Notes: generated by a model not told the origin, from the sequence alone. DNA of 64,000 nt from the human T2T-CHM13v2.0 reference genome, Homo sapiens (GCF_009914755.1 NC_060934.1), one strand, 5' to 3'. Positions 46,656 to 63,344 are shown, numbered from the stretch's first letter. Program-made: numbers and translations.

Positions 46656-47910
46656 AAGCTGCTATAAACGTCCATGTACAGGTTTTTGTGTGAACATAAC
46701 TTTTTATTTCTCTGGGATAAATGCCAGGAGTTCAATTGCTAGGTTGCATGGTGGTTGCATGTTCCATTTGTAAAGAAACTGTTTGGCACCGTGTAGCTGT
46801 GTCACTTTACATTCCCACCAGTAATGTGTGAGTGATCGTTTCTCTGCATCCTCGCCAGGATCTGACGTTGCCGTCATTTTGTGATTTTAGCTATTCTCAT
46901 AGGTGTGTGGTGGTGTCTTATTGGAATATTAATTTGCATTTCCCTAATGACCAATAATGTTGTACATCTTTCTATGGGCCTACTTGCCATGTGTTTATCT
47001 TCTTTGGTGAAATGTCGCTTCATGTCTTTTGCTCATGTTCTATCTGGGTTGTTCACTTTTTTTGTTGTTGAGTTTTGACAGTTCTTTATATAGTCTGAAT
47101 ATTCGTCCCCTGTGGGGTATGTGGTTTGCAAATATTTTCTTCCCCTCTGAGTTTGTCCTTTTGTCCTCTTGATGGGGTCATTCACAGAGCAAAAGTTTCT
47201 AATTTTGATGAAGTCCAATTTTTCTTTTTGGAAAAAATACAGGATGCTTTTGGTTTCAGTTGTAAGAACTCTTTGTCTTGCCTTAGATCCTAAAGGTTCT
47301 CTCTTATTTTTTCCTGTAAGTTTTATACTTCAACTTCTACGTTAAACTCCATGACCCATTTTGAGTTAATTTTTGTATAAGGGGTGAGATTTATACAAAA
47401 GAAAAGGTTTACTTTTATTGTCTGTTACTCCAGGTTTGCCTGTTGCCCCAGTTGTTCCAGCACCATGTGTGTATATAAGAGGCTGTCTTTCTCCACTGAA
47501 TTGCTTTTGCATCTTTATCAAAACTCATTTGGGCTTAGACATATGGGTTTATTTCTGTGTTCTCTATTCTGTTCCATCAGTCTGTGTGTCTATCCCCCTA
47601 ACAGTACCACACTGTCTGATTACTGTAGCTATATAATGGGTCGAGTAGTCTTATTCCTCCCACTGTTGTTTTTCAGAGTTGTTTAGCTATATTCTAGTTC
47701 CTTTGCCTTTCATATACATTTTAGAATAATCTCACTCATGGCTACAAAAATTTTTTGTTAGGCATTGTGCTAAACCTGTATGTCAGCTTGGTGAGAATTG
47801 GCATCTTTACTATGTTGAGTCTTTGAATCCATGAATATAGTATGTCTCTCCACTTATTTAGATCTTTGGCTTCTTTCATCAGCATTATGTGGTTTTCATT
47901 ATGCAAGTCC

Positions 47911-48138
47911 TATAAATGTTTTCTTAGATTTATACCTAAGCATTTTCTTTATTTTCAATGATTGTAGATGGCATTTTAAATATTGGTATAAATGTTTGCT
48001 TAGATTTATACCTAAGCATTTTCCTTATTTTCAATGATTGTAAATGGCATTTTAAATATTGGTATAAATGTTTGCTTAGATTTATACCTAAGCATTTTCT
48101 TTATTTTGAGTGATTGTAAATGGCTTTTTAAATATTGG
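47911..48138. repeat. Tandem repeat, 3 x 76 bp
   Basis: Units start at 47911, 47987 and 48063 (tataaatgttt...aaatattgg), with few mismatches. Confidence 0.95.
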
Positions 48139-49454
48139 TGTCCGTATGTTCATTGCTAGCATACAGGACTTCAGTGGACTTTTGCAAATTGTTCTTGTAT
48201 CCTGCAACCTTGCTGAACTTATTTTTAGTTCTAGTTGTGTGTGTGTGTATGTGTGTGTGTACATTCCTTGTATTATCTTGTGAAACCCTGGGTGTTAACC
48301 TTCTATGTTAGATGGCTTTTGCTGACACTGCTCCAGGAGAAGAAGGGAGTGGGTATTGCCTTGTTACTGCCAGGTGGAGTGAAACCCAGGTTTCCCACTA
48401 GGCTTCCATGGTCACCTGCTCGGGGAGCTCCTTCCCACTGTGCAGTGGGAGTAGAATTCTGGCTTCCTCAGTGTCTCCACAGCCACTGCATGTGGCGGGG
48501 TTAGGCCTCGTTACTAGCCATTAGGGACAAAAGTCTCAGTTTCCTCTTTGGCGTCTTTGACTCCACCATGGTTGACACCACCAGGCGTGGGGGTCCCCTT
48601 GGTACAGCCTTGTGAGGTGGACACCTAGGCCCCTGCTTGGCCTTTGCTGCTGGTGGTGGTGGGCCATATTTTGTTCCTGTAGGATTTGGCTGGAGTTGAG
48701 TGGTTGTTGTCTGCAAGTTTGTCTTGCTAGGCTGCCTTCCCCTGGTCACTGGGCTAGAGAGAAAGTAGGCTTTTGTGGGGGGCTGTTTTTGGTCTGAGCC
48801 CATTGGTGTTTCTGGATTGTTACCTTTTCCAGCTCTGTATCTTGGATACGGGAGGCAGAAAGTAAACTCAGGGGTCTCAGTGCCAGGTTCTTCTTTGGAT
48901 CCCAAGATCCCTAATCCCATCTCTCCACCTGGCAGCATCATGTTACATTTGGGATGTGTGTGTACGTGTGTGTGTGTGTGTAATGTCCAGAGTTTTCAGT
49001 TATACTTAGGAAGAATAGAGAAACATACTTCTACTCCTTTTTGCAAGTGGAGGCAGACAGCTGGATTTTGAGCCCCATGGTTTAGCACCCAGGTCCTTGT
49101 CCTTAATCCATGTGCTCTTGGTCTCCCTGAAAGGAGACAAACGCTGCCCTGGAGCGGCCCGGGAGGCTTTGGTGGCATCAGTCAGACCTAAGCTCGTCAG
49201 AAAACTTCCCAGCTTTTGAAAAGCTGGGGAAGAAGGGGAATTTTTCTTCCTGAAATAGCCTGAGTAGAGGGGAGGATGTAGGAGTGAGTAGCGTGTTTGA
49301 AAGAACAGGAGAGAACTCGGCCCACAACAGTCAAGGCTTGTGTGGGGAACAAGCACTGTGGTGTAAAGCGCCTTGCTTCAGAGATGAGGAGCCCAAGGTG
49401 GGAGTCACTGCCTTCCCTCCCTCCAATCGTCCGTCCCGTCATCTCATCTCTCCC

Positions 49455-50230
49455 ATCTGCCCTTCCCTTCGCCCTTCCCTCCCTCCCTCCCTCCCTCCCT
49501 TCCTCCCTTCCTTCCTTCCTCCCTCCCTTCCTCCATCGCTCCCTCCCTTCCTTCTTTGCTTCTTCCCTCCCTTCCTCCCTCCCTTCCTCCCTCCCTTCCT
49601 CCCTCCCTCCCTTCCTCCCTCCCTTCCTCCCTCCCTCCCTTCCTCCCTTCCTCCCTTCCTCCCTCCCTTCCTCCCTCCCTCCCTTCCTCCCTTCCTCCCT
49701 TCCTCCCTCCCTTCCTCCCTTCCTTCCTCCCTCCTTTCTTTCCTTCCTCCCTCCCTCCGTCCCTCCCTCCCTCCCTCCCTTCTTTCCTTCTTCCCTCCCT
49801 TCCTCCCTTCCTTCCTCCCTCCTTTCTTTCCTTCCTCCCTCCCTCCGTCCCTCCCTCCCTCCCTTCTTTCCCTCCTCCCTCCCTCCCTCTCTCCCTCCTT
49901 TCTTTCCTTCCTCCCTCCCTCCCTCCCTTCCTCCCTCCTTTCTTTCCTCCCTCCCTCCGTCCCTCCCTCCCTCCCTCCCTTCTTTCCCTCCTCCCTCCCT
50001 CTCTCCCTCCCTCCCTTCCTCCCTCCTTTCTTTCCTTCCTCCCTCCCTCCGTCCCTCCCTTCCTCCCTCCCTTCTTTCCTTCCTTCCTCCCTCCCTCTCT
50101 CCCTCCCTCCTTCCTCCCTTCCTTCTTTCCTTCCTCCCTCCCTCCTTTCCTCTCTTCCTGCCTCCCTTCCTCCCTTCCTTCTTTCCTTTCTCCCTTCCTC
50201 CCTCCCTCTCTTCCTTCCTTTTTCCCCCTC
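49455..50230. repeat. (CCCT/CCTT)n polypyrimidine tract, about 770 bp
   Basis: Almost pure C/T strand; source of the spurious 240-341 aa ORFs. Confidence 0.97.
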
Positions 50231-50473
50231 AACTTTTTCCACATTTATCGGACCACAAAAACTTTTGTCATGGAATAATAAATAACATTCTGAGGAACAA
50301 ACTTAGGGAAACCGCATCATGAAACAAATGGTTGCCCTGGAGAATTTGGGCCTTTACCGGTAGCTTAGGCTGAGTGACACACATTTTACATACATGCTCC
50401 CTTTTTTTCCCCCCCAAAATAGCATTTTACTTTATTTTGCAAAAGCAATAAATGTTATTTAGAAACCCTTTTA

Positions 50474-50816
<343 letters not shown>

Positions 50817-50939
50817 TCACCATAATCCAATGTCTTAGAAAAAAATCATTCTTAGCATTTTGATCTGTATCATGAGTATATCCCCATATGAGAGTGTGTG
50901 CGTGTGTGTGTGTGTGTAAATTTTCTTATTCTAGTCTAT

Positions 50940-51370
50940 TTCAGTAAGAACCTGTAATAGATCTACCCTATTAAAATTTTAGATGTGCAATACATTATTG
51001 TTGACTACAGTACAATGTTGTAAGGCCGATCTCTAGAACTTATTCATCTCGCGCAACTAAAACTTTATGATGTTGATTAAGTAACTGCCTAATTTCCCTC
51101 CCGTCAAGTCCCTGAAAACCACCTCTCCACTCTTGGATTCTGTGAACTGGATTATCTTAGATACCCTGCGTAAGTGGAGTCATGCAGTATTTGTCCTTTT
51201 GTGACCGGCCCATTTCACTCAGATGATGTCTTCAAGGTTCATCCATGTTGTCACCCTGCAGAATTTCCTTCTCTTGTAAGGGTAAATAGTAGTCCACGGT
51301 TTACCACATTTTCTTTCATTCATCTGCCCTCGGACATTTAGCTGTTACACCTCTTGGCTACTGTGAACCT
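50940..51370 (-). mobile_element. L1MA/MB 3'-end fragment
   Basis: gatctctagaacttattcatct...taagtggagtcatgcagtatttgtcc. Confidence 0.8.
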
Positions 51371-51425
51371 CCTTCCTTTCCTTTTTTTACGGGGGAGCCT
51401 GTCTCATTTAGAGAAATACATTTCA

Positions 51426-52320
<895 letters not shown>

Positions 52321-52337
52321 CCTCTGCCCCATTTCTT

Positions 52338-52643
<306 letters not shown>

Positions 52644-53477
52644 CCCCTCTGCCCCATTTCTTACTGTGTAATGGTGTGTGGTTTGCCTCAGCTCTCTGGT
52701 TCCAGCCACCCTCAGGGAAATCTGTGCAGGGCTTGCTTTTTTAATGTGTGTATTCAGTCAGTCAGATTATAGTAGACTCCTTACACGTCTTCACTTGAAG
52801 TTTTAAAAGATTCGTGAAGATTACATTTGAACGTGTCTAGGATAAATGTCACATTACAGTAAATCTGGAAGTCTAGACTTCTGAGGCAAAAGCCATGCAC
52901 TTGTATAATATTAGACCTGTAGGATCTGTAGAAAACAGCCAGTTTAATCCCTTGGGTTCGATTTTTCTTGTTTTGTTGATTTTATAGGAACATTAATATA
53001 TATTCATCATAACAAGTCAGATGACACAAATACATATGTCAAAAGTTATATCTACTGCACCATCTCTGTAATCTTTAATTCCTTTTCTCTGAGGTGTCTG
53101 ATGTTAACATTTTGTTTTTAACCAGTCTTTTTTTATACTCATAATTCATATGCATATGTGATTAGTTTTCTTTTATTTTAAATGAAAGCTATGTCATACT
53201 CATACGACACCAAAACTATCTTTTTGCATTTAACAATACAAATAACATTAACAATAACAATTTAATAACATGAACATTCTTGTGAGTCTTTTGCATTAAT
53301 TTAAATTTTAACTTTATTTTTATCAAATCAATATACATAGTTTTGAAAATCAAATAGTGTCGCTAGACTTACAATGAAAAAGAGTTCTTTGCTCCATTCC
53401 TTCCCAGCTCTTTGATTCTGTCTCCTCAAAGAGATTCACTTTGAATTCTTTACATTGTTTCTTCTAGTATTCACCAA

Positions 53478-53871
<394 letters not shown>

Positions 53872-53933
53872 TAACTAGAGGATTTAGCTCATTTATCCAG
53901 TCACACAGACACACGCAAATACGTGTTGGTTAA

Positions 53934-54397
<464 letters not shown>

Positions 54398-54399
54398 TA

Positions 54400-56105
<1,706 letters not shown>

Positions 56106-57372
56106 ACAGAGGCCAGCTGCCAGCATTCTGGGAGCTGAGCTTGGGTGAGGCGGGAGCTTTTGTTCAGTGGCTTATTTTCTCTAAAGTGCTTTAATCTCCA
56201 CTCCACTGTATGCAGTAATCTTCTTAGAGAGCAAACCTCTGGGCTTTCTTCAGGACAGGAGGGGAATCTGAGGATCTGAAGAGTCCTTTTAAAGACTGAT
56301 CCAGTCCTGGTTTTAGCCTTACCTTTTGGTTTCTAAAACTATGACTATGCAATCAACTTTGCACTCGATGTAGTAAAAACGTTTCATGCCAAGGTGTTGA
56401 AAGGCCAAAATGACAATAAACACGTTTACATAAAAATATAATGTGCATCCGGTGAAGATGCAGAGCTAAAGGTGAGTCCTTTCTTCCAGATTCTTGTGTG
56501 TTGTCCCCATGTCGAGGTTGTCAGACTATTACAGGGAGCAAAGTTAGAGGCCGTGGTGTGGCTGTGAAGTGAAAAGCTGATTGTGTGGGAGGGTCCTGAT
56601 TATAGTCATCGCAGACAAGGACGTGTTCTCCACCTGTGATTTTGTTTCAACCTCTACATTATCTCCCAGAAGTGTGCCAAACTGTAATTCTCACAATATC
56701 CAAGCTGATGTTTTTTAGTAGTAGGTTTCCTGATAGCATTATAACATTCATTTCTCTGGGCTCAAGCCATTGTTTCCTCGTAGCATCCTCAAAAGCAAGG
56801 GGTTCTGGATACAGAAGGAGGAGAACATCCATTGAGACCTTCGAGTGGGTCCTGACCCTGTGATTGTCTTGGATCATGTCTGTTGATGCCTCCCAGGGCG
56901 GTGAATGAACAGCAAGAGGGGACAGTGATGAGTTCAGTCCAGTGATGTATACGATAGACTGCAGTGGATGGAGGCAGGGCTGCAGCTCTCTGAGAGATGG
57001 TCTGTTCCGGAGAGGCTGAGGTCAGAAGGACAGTGGGACAGGGAGGCACCTGAGCCCCATAGGGTGGCCTCTTGGCTTGGTTTTGGGTGTGATTGGACGA
57101 GATGGCCTCTACAGTTCTTTCTAGCCATAAGGATGTAGGATACTAAAAATGAAGCCCCATCTCTTCACCCTGATATTCGAAGCTGCTTATAACCTGGTTA
57201 CTTCTTACCTAACTTTCATGCTCCGTCTTCTTCCCAGCATCTTCTCCCTAGTGAGCGCATCTTTGTCCTCAAGACCTTCTCTCTTTTGTTTCCCCTTAAA
57301 TCCCCCTTCTGCCCACCCCCACCGCGTATATATTGTGACTTGTTTTCTTATCCAAATTCTGCTAAGATTTAC

Positions 57373-57739
57373 TTTCTTTTTCTTTCTTTTTTTTTTTTTT
57401 TTTAAAAAAAAAGACAGGATCTCACTCAGTAGCCCAGGCTGGAGAACAGTGGTGTGATCATAGCTCACTGCAGCCTTGAACTCTTGTACTTGAGTGATCT
57501 CCCTGCTTCTGCCTCCTGAGTAGCTGGGACTATAGGCACTCACCACTCCACCTAGCTAATTTATTTTATTTTATTTTGTTTTGCTTTGTTGTTTTATTTT
57601 ATTTTATTTTATTTTCTAGAAATGAGGTCTCACTATGTTGCCCTGGCTGTTCTTGGATTCCTGGCCTCAAGTGATCCTCCCACCTTGGCCTCTCCTCCCA
57701 AAGTGCTGGGATTCGAGGCGTGAGCTACTGCCCCTGGCC
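57373..57739 (-). mobile_element. AluJ with (TTTTA)n-expanded linker
   Basis: Diverged antisense Alu. Confidence 0.85.
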
Positions 57740-58343
57740 CTTTGCTCTCTTTATCTTACCAGTGGAGCTTTCCTTGTGACCTCACGTCCTCCGTACCTCC
57801 CTTCTTTGAGTTCCTATTGGACCTGCTTCCTGCACTGCACAATGTAGCAACTTGTAAAATGCCATTTTTAGGGTGGGAGGCTGTGGACTTCAGAGGGTGC
57901 GCCCAGGGATCAGTGAGGGACAGGAGGACCAGATTGCCTTATGATCCTCAGGATTCCACTTGAGTGCTTGGTGATGCATTATCTTACGACATAAACACAC
58001 AAACAGAAGGTAGGAGAAGCTGTCTCGAGGGTGCAGCCTTTCCTTGGAAAGTATGCAGTGATTTAAGTGTTCAGAGATTGGCACAGACCCTTTGAATCTA
58101 TGCACGGCCATTCTCACAGTGATTTTTGTGTGTATAAAATATTGACCATGAAACTGGGTAATGGAGTTGAGAATAGGTACTTTAAGGAGGGTGGCGCTGC
58201 TTAGGAAAAAAAGGTTTCAGACTATTGAGTGTGACTTTTGTGAGAAATGGGAAAGTTCTTCAAAGATTATAAAAAGTCACTTTCTTACTATAAGATTGCT
58301 ATCCACTATTAGTACAAATATATGTATTCCAAATCAGCTGTCC

Positions 58344-58383
58344 TAGCTTGCTGCAGCATGCCTGGACAGAACTAGACAAGCTC
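58344..58383. promoter_or_regulatory. Putative p53 response element: four phased decamers
   Basis: tagcttgctg|cagcatgcct|ggacagaact|agacaagctc compared with RRRCWWGYYY; the fourth is perfect, the second has one mismatch. Confidence 0.55.
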
Positions 58384-58499
58384 CGCCCATAGTGCATGCC
58401 ATTCCTTATTTGGAGATGCTCCCTTAACTATCCCTGGGCAACTTCCCTTTCTTTCTTTGTTCTGTTCTCCTTACCTAATTAATAAAGTTTTAAACTAAT

Positions 58500-58592
58500 A
58501 GCCAATCAGGTAAAGTGTAAAATGTGAGATCCTATTCCAGCCAATGGAAACTGGACACAGCAGTAGGGTAGACGTGTCAGGTTATAAATAAC
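58500..58592 (+). promoter_or_regulatory. LTR U3 core promoter (two CCAAT boxes and TATA)
   Basis: CCAAT at 58502 and 58541; TATAAATA at 58583. Confidence 0.5.
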
Positions 58593-59239
58593 TCTGTCTC
58601 CTTTGTTCAGTGTGCTCTCGTGGCTGGACAGCTATTGAGTAGCACCCTTTCTGCAGAAAGTAAAGCTCTCCTTGCTGAGAGATCACTTGTTCCCACGTTA
58701 ATCCTTTTTTTTTTTTTTTGGTGACATCAAAAGCTTCATTCCCAACACTTTGAAAAGCCAAGACATGGTCCTTCATCATGTAGGGGCTGTCATTCAGAAT
58801 TGGGAACAATTCTGATCGTGTAAGTGCCCCAGGCAAATAAAGTGATATGACAGGATAGAGCGTGAGGAAAGCACTTTCCACTACCTGAAAGTTTCTCCAG
58901 GAGGCTGCAAACACATGAGAGCAGACCGTGTTTCTGTCTCTCTTCCCAGCCCTGGCACACAGGAGGTGCTCAGTAAATATTTGTTCAATGAGTGAGCGAA
59001 TGAACCGAGCTCTTAACGCACCACACCGTGCGAAGGCTGGTGTTGTCACTCCAGCTAAACCCATCCCTCTGTGCTGAATGAAGGCCCCATTGCTTTGGTT
59101 GATGGGCAGTGTCTCCACCTAACCAACGTCTCATTCAACTCACTACAGGCTTCCTGGTTTGCAGACTTTGTTGCTAAGATTCGCATCCCTTCTTGAAATC
59201 TTTCTCCCAAATCTTTCTCTCCCATTTAACAAGTGATTA

Positions 59240-59560
59240 TTTTAGATGAGGGAAGGGGAGTCAGAGACTGTTTATGAGCAGAAACTGGAAATTCAGGGAG
59301 CCAGCCATGCAGGATCTAGGGAATGAGACTTCCAGGCAGGGGAATAGGAATGTCACGGCCCTGAAAGGGTAAGAACTTTGGACCCAGTTGGAGAACAGCA
59401 AGAGGGCCCGTGGCTGGAGCAGAGGGAGGGAGTTGAGTGGCAGAACAGCTGATAGGGTCGGATCAGGGTGGGCCCTTGCAGGCCATTGGAAGAAGCCTGG
59501 ATTATATTCTGATGGCAGAATATGACCTTTCAGCATCATTGTCTGATTTAGCTGTTTTCT
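59240..59560 (-). mobile_element. L2 fragment
   Basis: ttccaggcaggggg...gagaacagcaagagggcccgtggctggag...ggcccttgcaggccattgg. Confidence 0.65.
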
Positions 59561-59704
59561 CCTATATATATTTGAACCTTACAGAAGCCTGGGGTAAATA
59601 AGTCAGGTGTATTTATTTCTGTTTTAGAGATGAAGAATATGAAACTCCAAGAGTTTGGAGGGCTGGGACCCAGATCTTTGGACTGCTCATGTGTTCAGTG
59701 TCTT

Positions 59705-60009
59705 GTTTTTTGTTTTTGTTTTTTCTTTTTTTAGACAGTCTCACTCTGTTGCCCAGGCTGGACTGCAGTGGCATGATCTCGGCTCCCTGCAACCTCCAAC
59801 TCCCTGGTTCAAACGATTCTCTTGCCTCAGCCTCCCGAGTTGCTAGGATTACAGGCACGCACCACCACGCCCAGCTAATTTTTGTATTTTTAATAGAGAC
59901 GAGGTTTCACCGTTTTGGCCAGGCTGGTCTCAATCTCCTGACCTCATGATCCGCCCACCTCAGCCTCCCAAAGTGCTGGGATTACAGGCCTGAGCCACGG
60001 CGCCTGGCT
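59705..60009 (-). mobile_element. AluS
   Basis: Antisense Alu; TSD agtgtc(t/c)tgt. Confidence 0.9.
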
Positions 60010-60139
60010 GAGTGTCCTGTCTTATGCTGCCTCATGCTCAGGTTGAAATGTGAGTGTTGCCTGACTTGGTGTCCCCGTAAGGCCCCAGCAGGCTGACCTG
60101 CAGTGAGTCAGTCGTTCCTGCTCTGATAGTTACACAGGA

Positions 60140-60385
60140 GCTGAGCGTGGCGGAGAAGCCATGCGTTTGGATATTGGTTTCATCACTGGAGTGTCATGTT
60201 TAGTTGTGGCTGCCACACTTTGGGAGAAGATGGGGAAATTGGAGAGGTACCAGAGAGGAGCAAAAAATAGATGAAAGGATGCATTAGTGGTCCCATGGGA
60301 GGAGGTTAATGGAATCCAGGCATTTGTATTTCTTTTTCCCTGAGAAGAAGCTCTGAGTGGTGAGGCAACAGTGCTCCTCAAATAA
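60140..60385 (+). mobile_element. CR1/L3 LINE remnant
   Basis: aaattggagaggtaccagagaggagc...gaggaggttaatggaa...ctgagaagaag...ctcaaata resembles the CR1 ORF2 3' region. Confidence 0.55.
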
Positions 60386-60577
60386 CCGAGGTTTCTGGCT
60401 GGTTCCACCTCATCTCCATGGAAGATTGACCTGGAGAAGGTCAACTTCAAGTGCAGCGATAGAGAGCACCTGGGCATGATGCGCTTATTAACAGCGTCCT
60501 TATATCCCTGAGCAGACACTCAGGGTGGCTGTAGATACTCGGTTCCGAGGGCTCCGTGAAAACTGAAGAGTTACTCT

Positions 60578-60888
<311 letters not shown>

Positions 60889-63044
60889 TAAAAGGTAGGC
60901 ACAGGCCTTTGTGAGGGATGCCCTGACCCTTTTGCAGTGGTTTGACTCTTTGAGGCCGTGGTCCGTGGAGTTTGAAACCTGCACAGAAAGAATATTTCCC
61001 GAGTCTGGCACCACCTGGCTTTAGTCAGAGGGATCACCTGAGCTGCTCCAGTCCTCTCTCAGCGGCTCCTGGGGAATTGGGAGGGGGGCTGAGGCATGCT
61101 GGTGAGATTCAGGGTGCACTGGCATCAGCTCACAGGAGTTTTTTCTGTCTCTTGAAGAGTGACTTTCAGTCCCATCCTGGGTAAGAACAGCTGTTTTGCA
61201 TGTTGCTGAGTAATTTCTTTGCAGGTCCTTGTGTCCTAGCATCGTCCTTTCTCACCTGCCTTTATTCTGTTTCACGCTGCACAGTATGGAGTGTGCAGTG
61301 ATTCATTGGGGAGAGAAGAAAATAAAACCAAAAAGCCCATCTGCTTTGTCAGGAGACACCTCCAAACACAGATGCTCCCTCATCCTCCTACAGCAGCTGT
61401 TTTCAGCCACACCTCTGGGCTCAAGCCATCCTCCTGCCTCTGCCCCCAAGTGATCATCCTGTTGTCCCACCCATTGTCCCGTAAGCAGGAGTTCAACAGG
61501 GACAGAGCGCGGGGTGGGAGGTGGCTGGAATCATCCCATGGCTTAGTGGTGTGGGGACTAAGGAACTATTGTTCCCTCTCCAGCTGGAGCTGCACATCCA
61601 TTTTCTGCTGTCAGATGCCATCCATGTAGGAGATGCTCCTTCCAGACAGCCCCCCAGAGCCGCCTGGCTGACCTTCCACTCCCGGGCTGAGTGTCACTAC
61701 GAGTCTTGACTTTCTCGTCATGCTGGTGTTTCACAACCTTGTAGCTAGAGTCCGGTGCAGCTTTTCTTCCTGCCGGCCCATCAGCTTTCGCTTCTCTCTG
61801 CCGCTGGGAGGCAACATCTCGGGGTTCTCCAAGGGGAGGTCTCACCTTGAATGAGTCTGGCATTTTGAGGTCATGATGGTGGCCGGGATTCTGCCCATGT
61901 TCAGTGGGACTTGGGTGGCAGCACAAGCAGATGAGGCTTGGTTTTGTTCCATTCTTTGTTTAGTTGCTCACTCACTCCTTCATTTGGCAGATGCCATATA
62001 CTGTGCTGGAAGAGAGGATGCAGCCGTGACCCAGACAGACAAAGTCTCTGTTTTGATGGGGCGTATGTTGGAGAGTGGAGGGGCAGGGACAGTGGATGAT
62101 CAACAAGATAATTTTGGAAGCTGATAGGAGCTGTGGGGAACATGAGAGAGGTTGATGTGGGGTGTGGTGGAGGAGGAGAGTTTGGGGGCTCGGGAGGCCT
62201 TCCTGTGGGTGGCATAGTGAGAGCCTGGGTATACCTGCCCCGTGGCTGCCCAGGTCTGACCCGGAATCCGGTTGTGTTGGATGGTACCACTGAGAATCGT
62301 CATTTCCTGGGACTTCCCATCTGCTTTTCTTGAGAAAGTCACTGCCCTTTTAAGTTGCTTGTTTGTTTTAGTAAACGTAGTCAATGAAGCAGTGAGTCAG
62401 TGCAAAACTGTTCAGATGTCACCGATGGGAATAGGTTAGATACAAAGTTGTGTTCATTCACCAATGGCTTGTTGAGTACCCCCTAAGCCCACGGCGCAGT
62501 GCAGGAGCTCTTAGATTCAAAGAACTCTGGTCTGGGGGAGGGTGGAGGTGTGAGGATTCCTTTAGAAGAGAGAAGGGACCCACGCCATCTTGCTGGGGGG
62601 GAAGAGGCCCTCTGCCTTTCAGATCTATCGGCTCATGGCTTTGCAAATATCAGTATTTGCTAAAAATGAGGCCTACAGATTTTAATGTGGCAAAACGGAT
62701 TTTATTTCTGAATGTTAACCAAGTTGAGGTTAGGAGTAATGATCTGCAGTGCGAAAAGGGGGTTTTTATCTTATAATGATTAATTCTTTTCTTCCTTCCC
62801 TTCTAAAAAAAAATGTGATTCCTGATAAAACCTGATGTTTCACTTTATATTTAAATGATACTCCATTGAGCATTTTATTAGTAACAATTCAGTACTTAAA
62901 TTGCATATTTCAGTTATAAGAGACAATTCACTAGGCTTGCAAGAAAACTATCCTATTTAAAGTAGGAGAAATCTCCCTCTTGATTACTGTGGAGGTTTCT
63001 TCATCTAGACATTTTAAACACTTTCCAAACAGTCCTTGCAGTTT

Positions 63045-63190
63045 TTCTTTTGTATTGTGGCAAAATACACATAACATACAATTTACCATCTTAGGCATTT
63101 TTAAGTATCCAGTTCAGTGGCATTAAGTACATTTCACATTGTTATATGATCCTTACCACCATCTGTCTGCAGAGCTCTTTTCATCTTATA
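63045..63190 (-). mobile_element. L1MB 3'-end fragment
   Basis: aaaatacacataacatacaatttaccatc...cagttcagtggcattaagtaca. Confidence 0.75.
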
Positions 63191-63344
63191 AAATACCCTT
63201 GGAGGTTTTCCAGTTTCTGTTGCTAGCAGGTATGTTTTAGTTAAGGCAATATACCAGGTTTAGTTAAGGTGCTATACCAGGTATTTTACACATAATCTGA
63301 TTGAATTCTCACCATAATCCTCTAAGGGGCATATTATATATGTG

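Larger units (their letters stand above)
46040..48235 (-). mobile_element. Old L1 (L1MC-like) 3'UTR and ORF2 remnant
   Basis: L1M 3'UTR motifs; ORF 47033-47218 (DFIKIRNFCS…) resembles ORF2p. Confidence 0.85.
58239..58747 (+). mobile_element. LTR10-family (HERV-I) solo LTR
   Basis: TG...CA termini; 4-bp TSD cttt at 58235-58238 and 58748-58751; LTR10-type core tagccaatc...agccaatgg...gacacagcagtaggg...gcaccctttctgcagaaagtaaa...ccttgctgaga. Confidence 0.75.

Noticed and set aside
47911-48138. CRISPR-like or other prokaryotic array
   Set aside because: Head-to-tail repeats without unique spacers in primate DNA; no cas or other prokaryotic genes anywhere in the window
49284-50322. Longest ORFs (240-341 aa, Pro/Ser/Leu- or Gly/Arg/Glu-rich) on both strands
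   Set aside because: The (CCCT/CCTT)n tract simply lacks stop codons; no domain or splice context
58180-58200. Partial CTCF-like motif (gggtggcgctg)
   Set aside because: The 5' half of the consensus does not match
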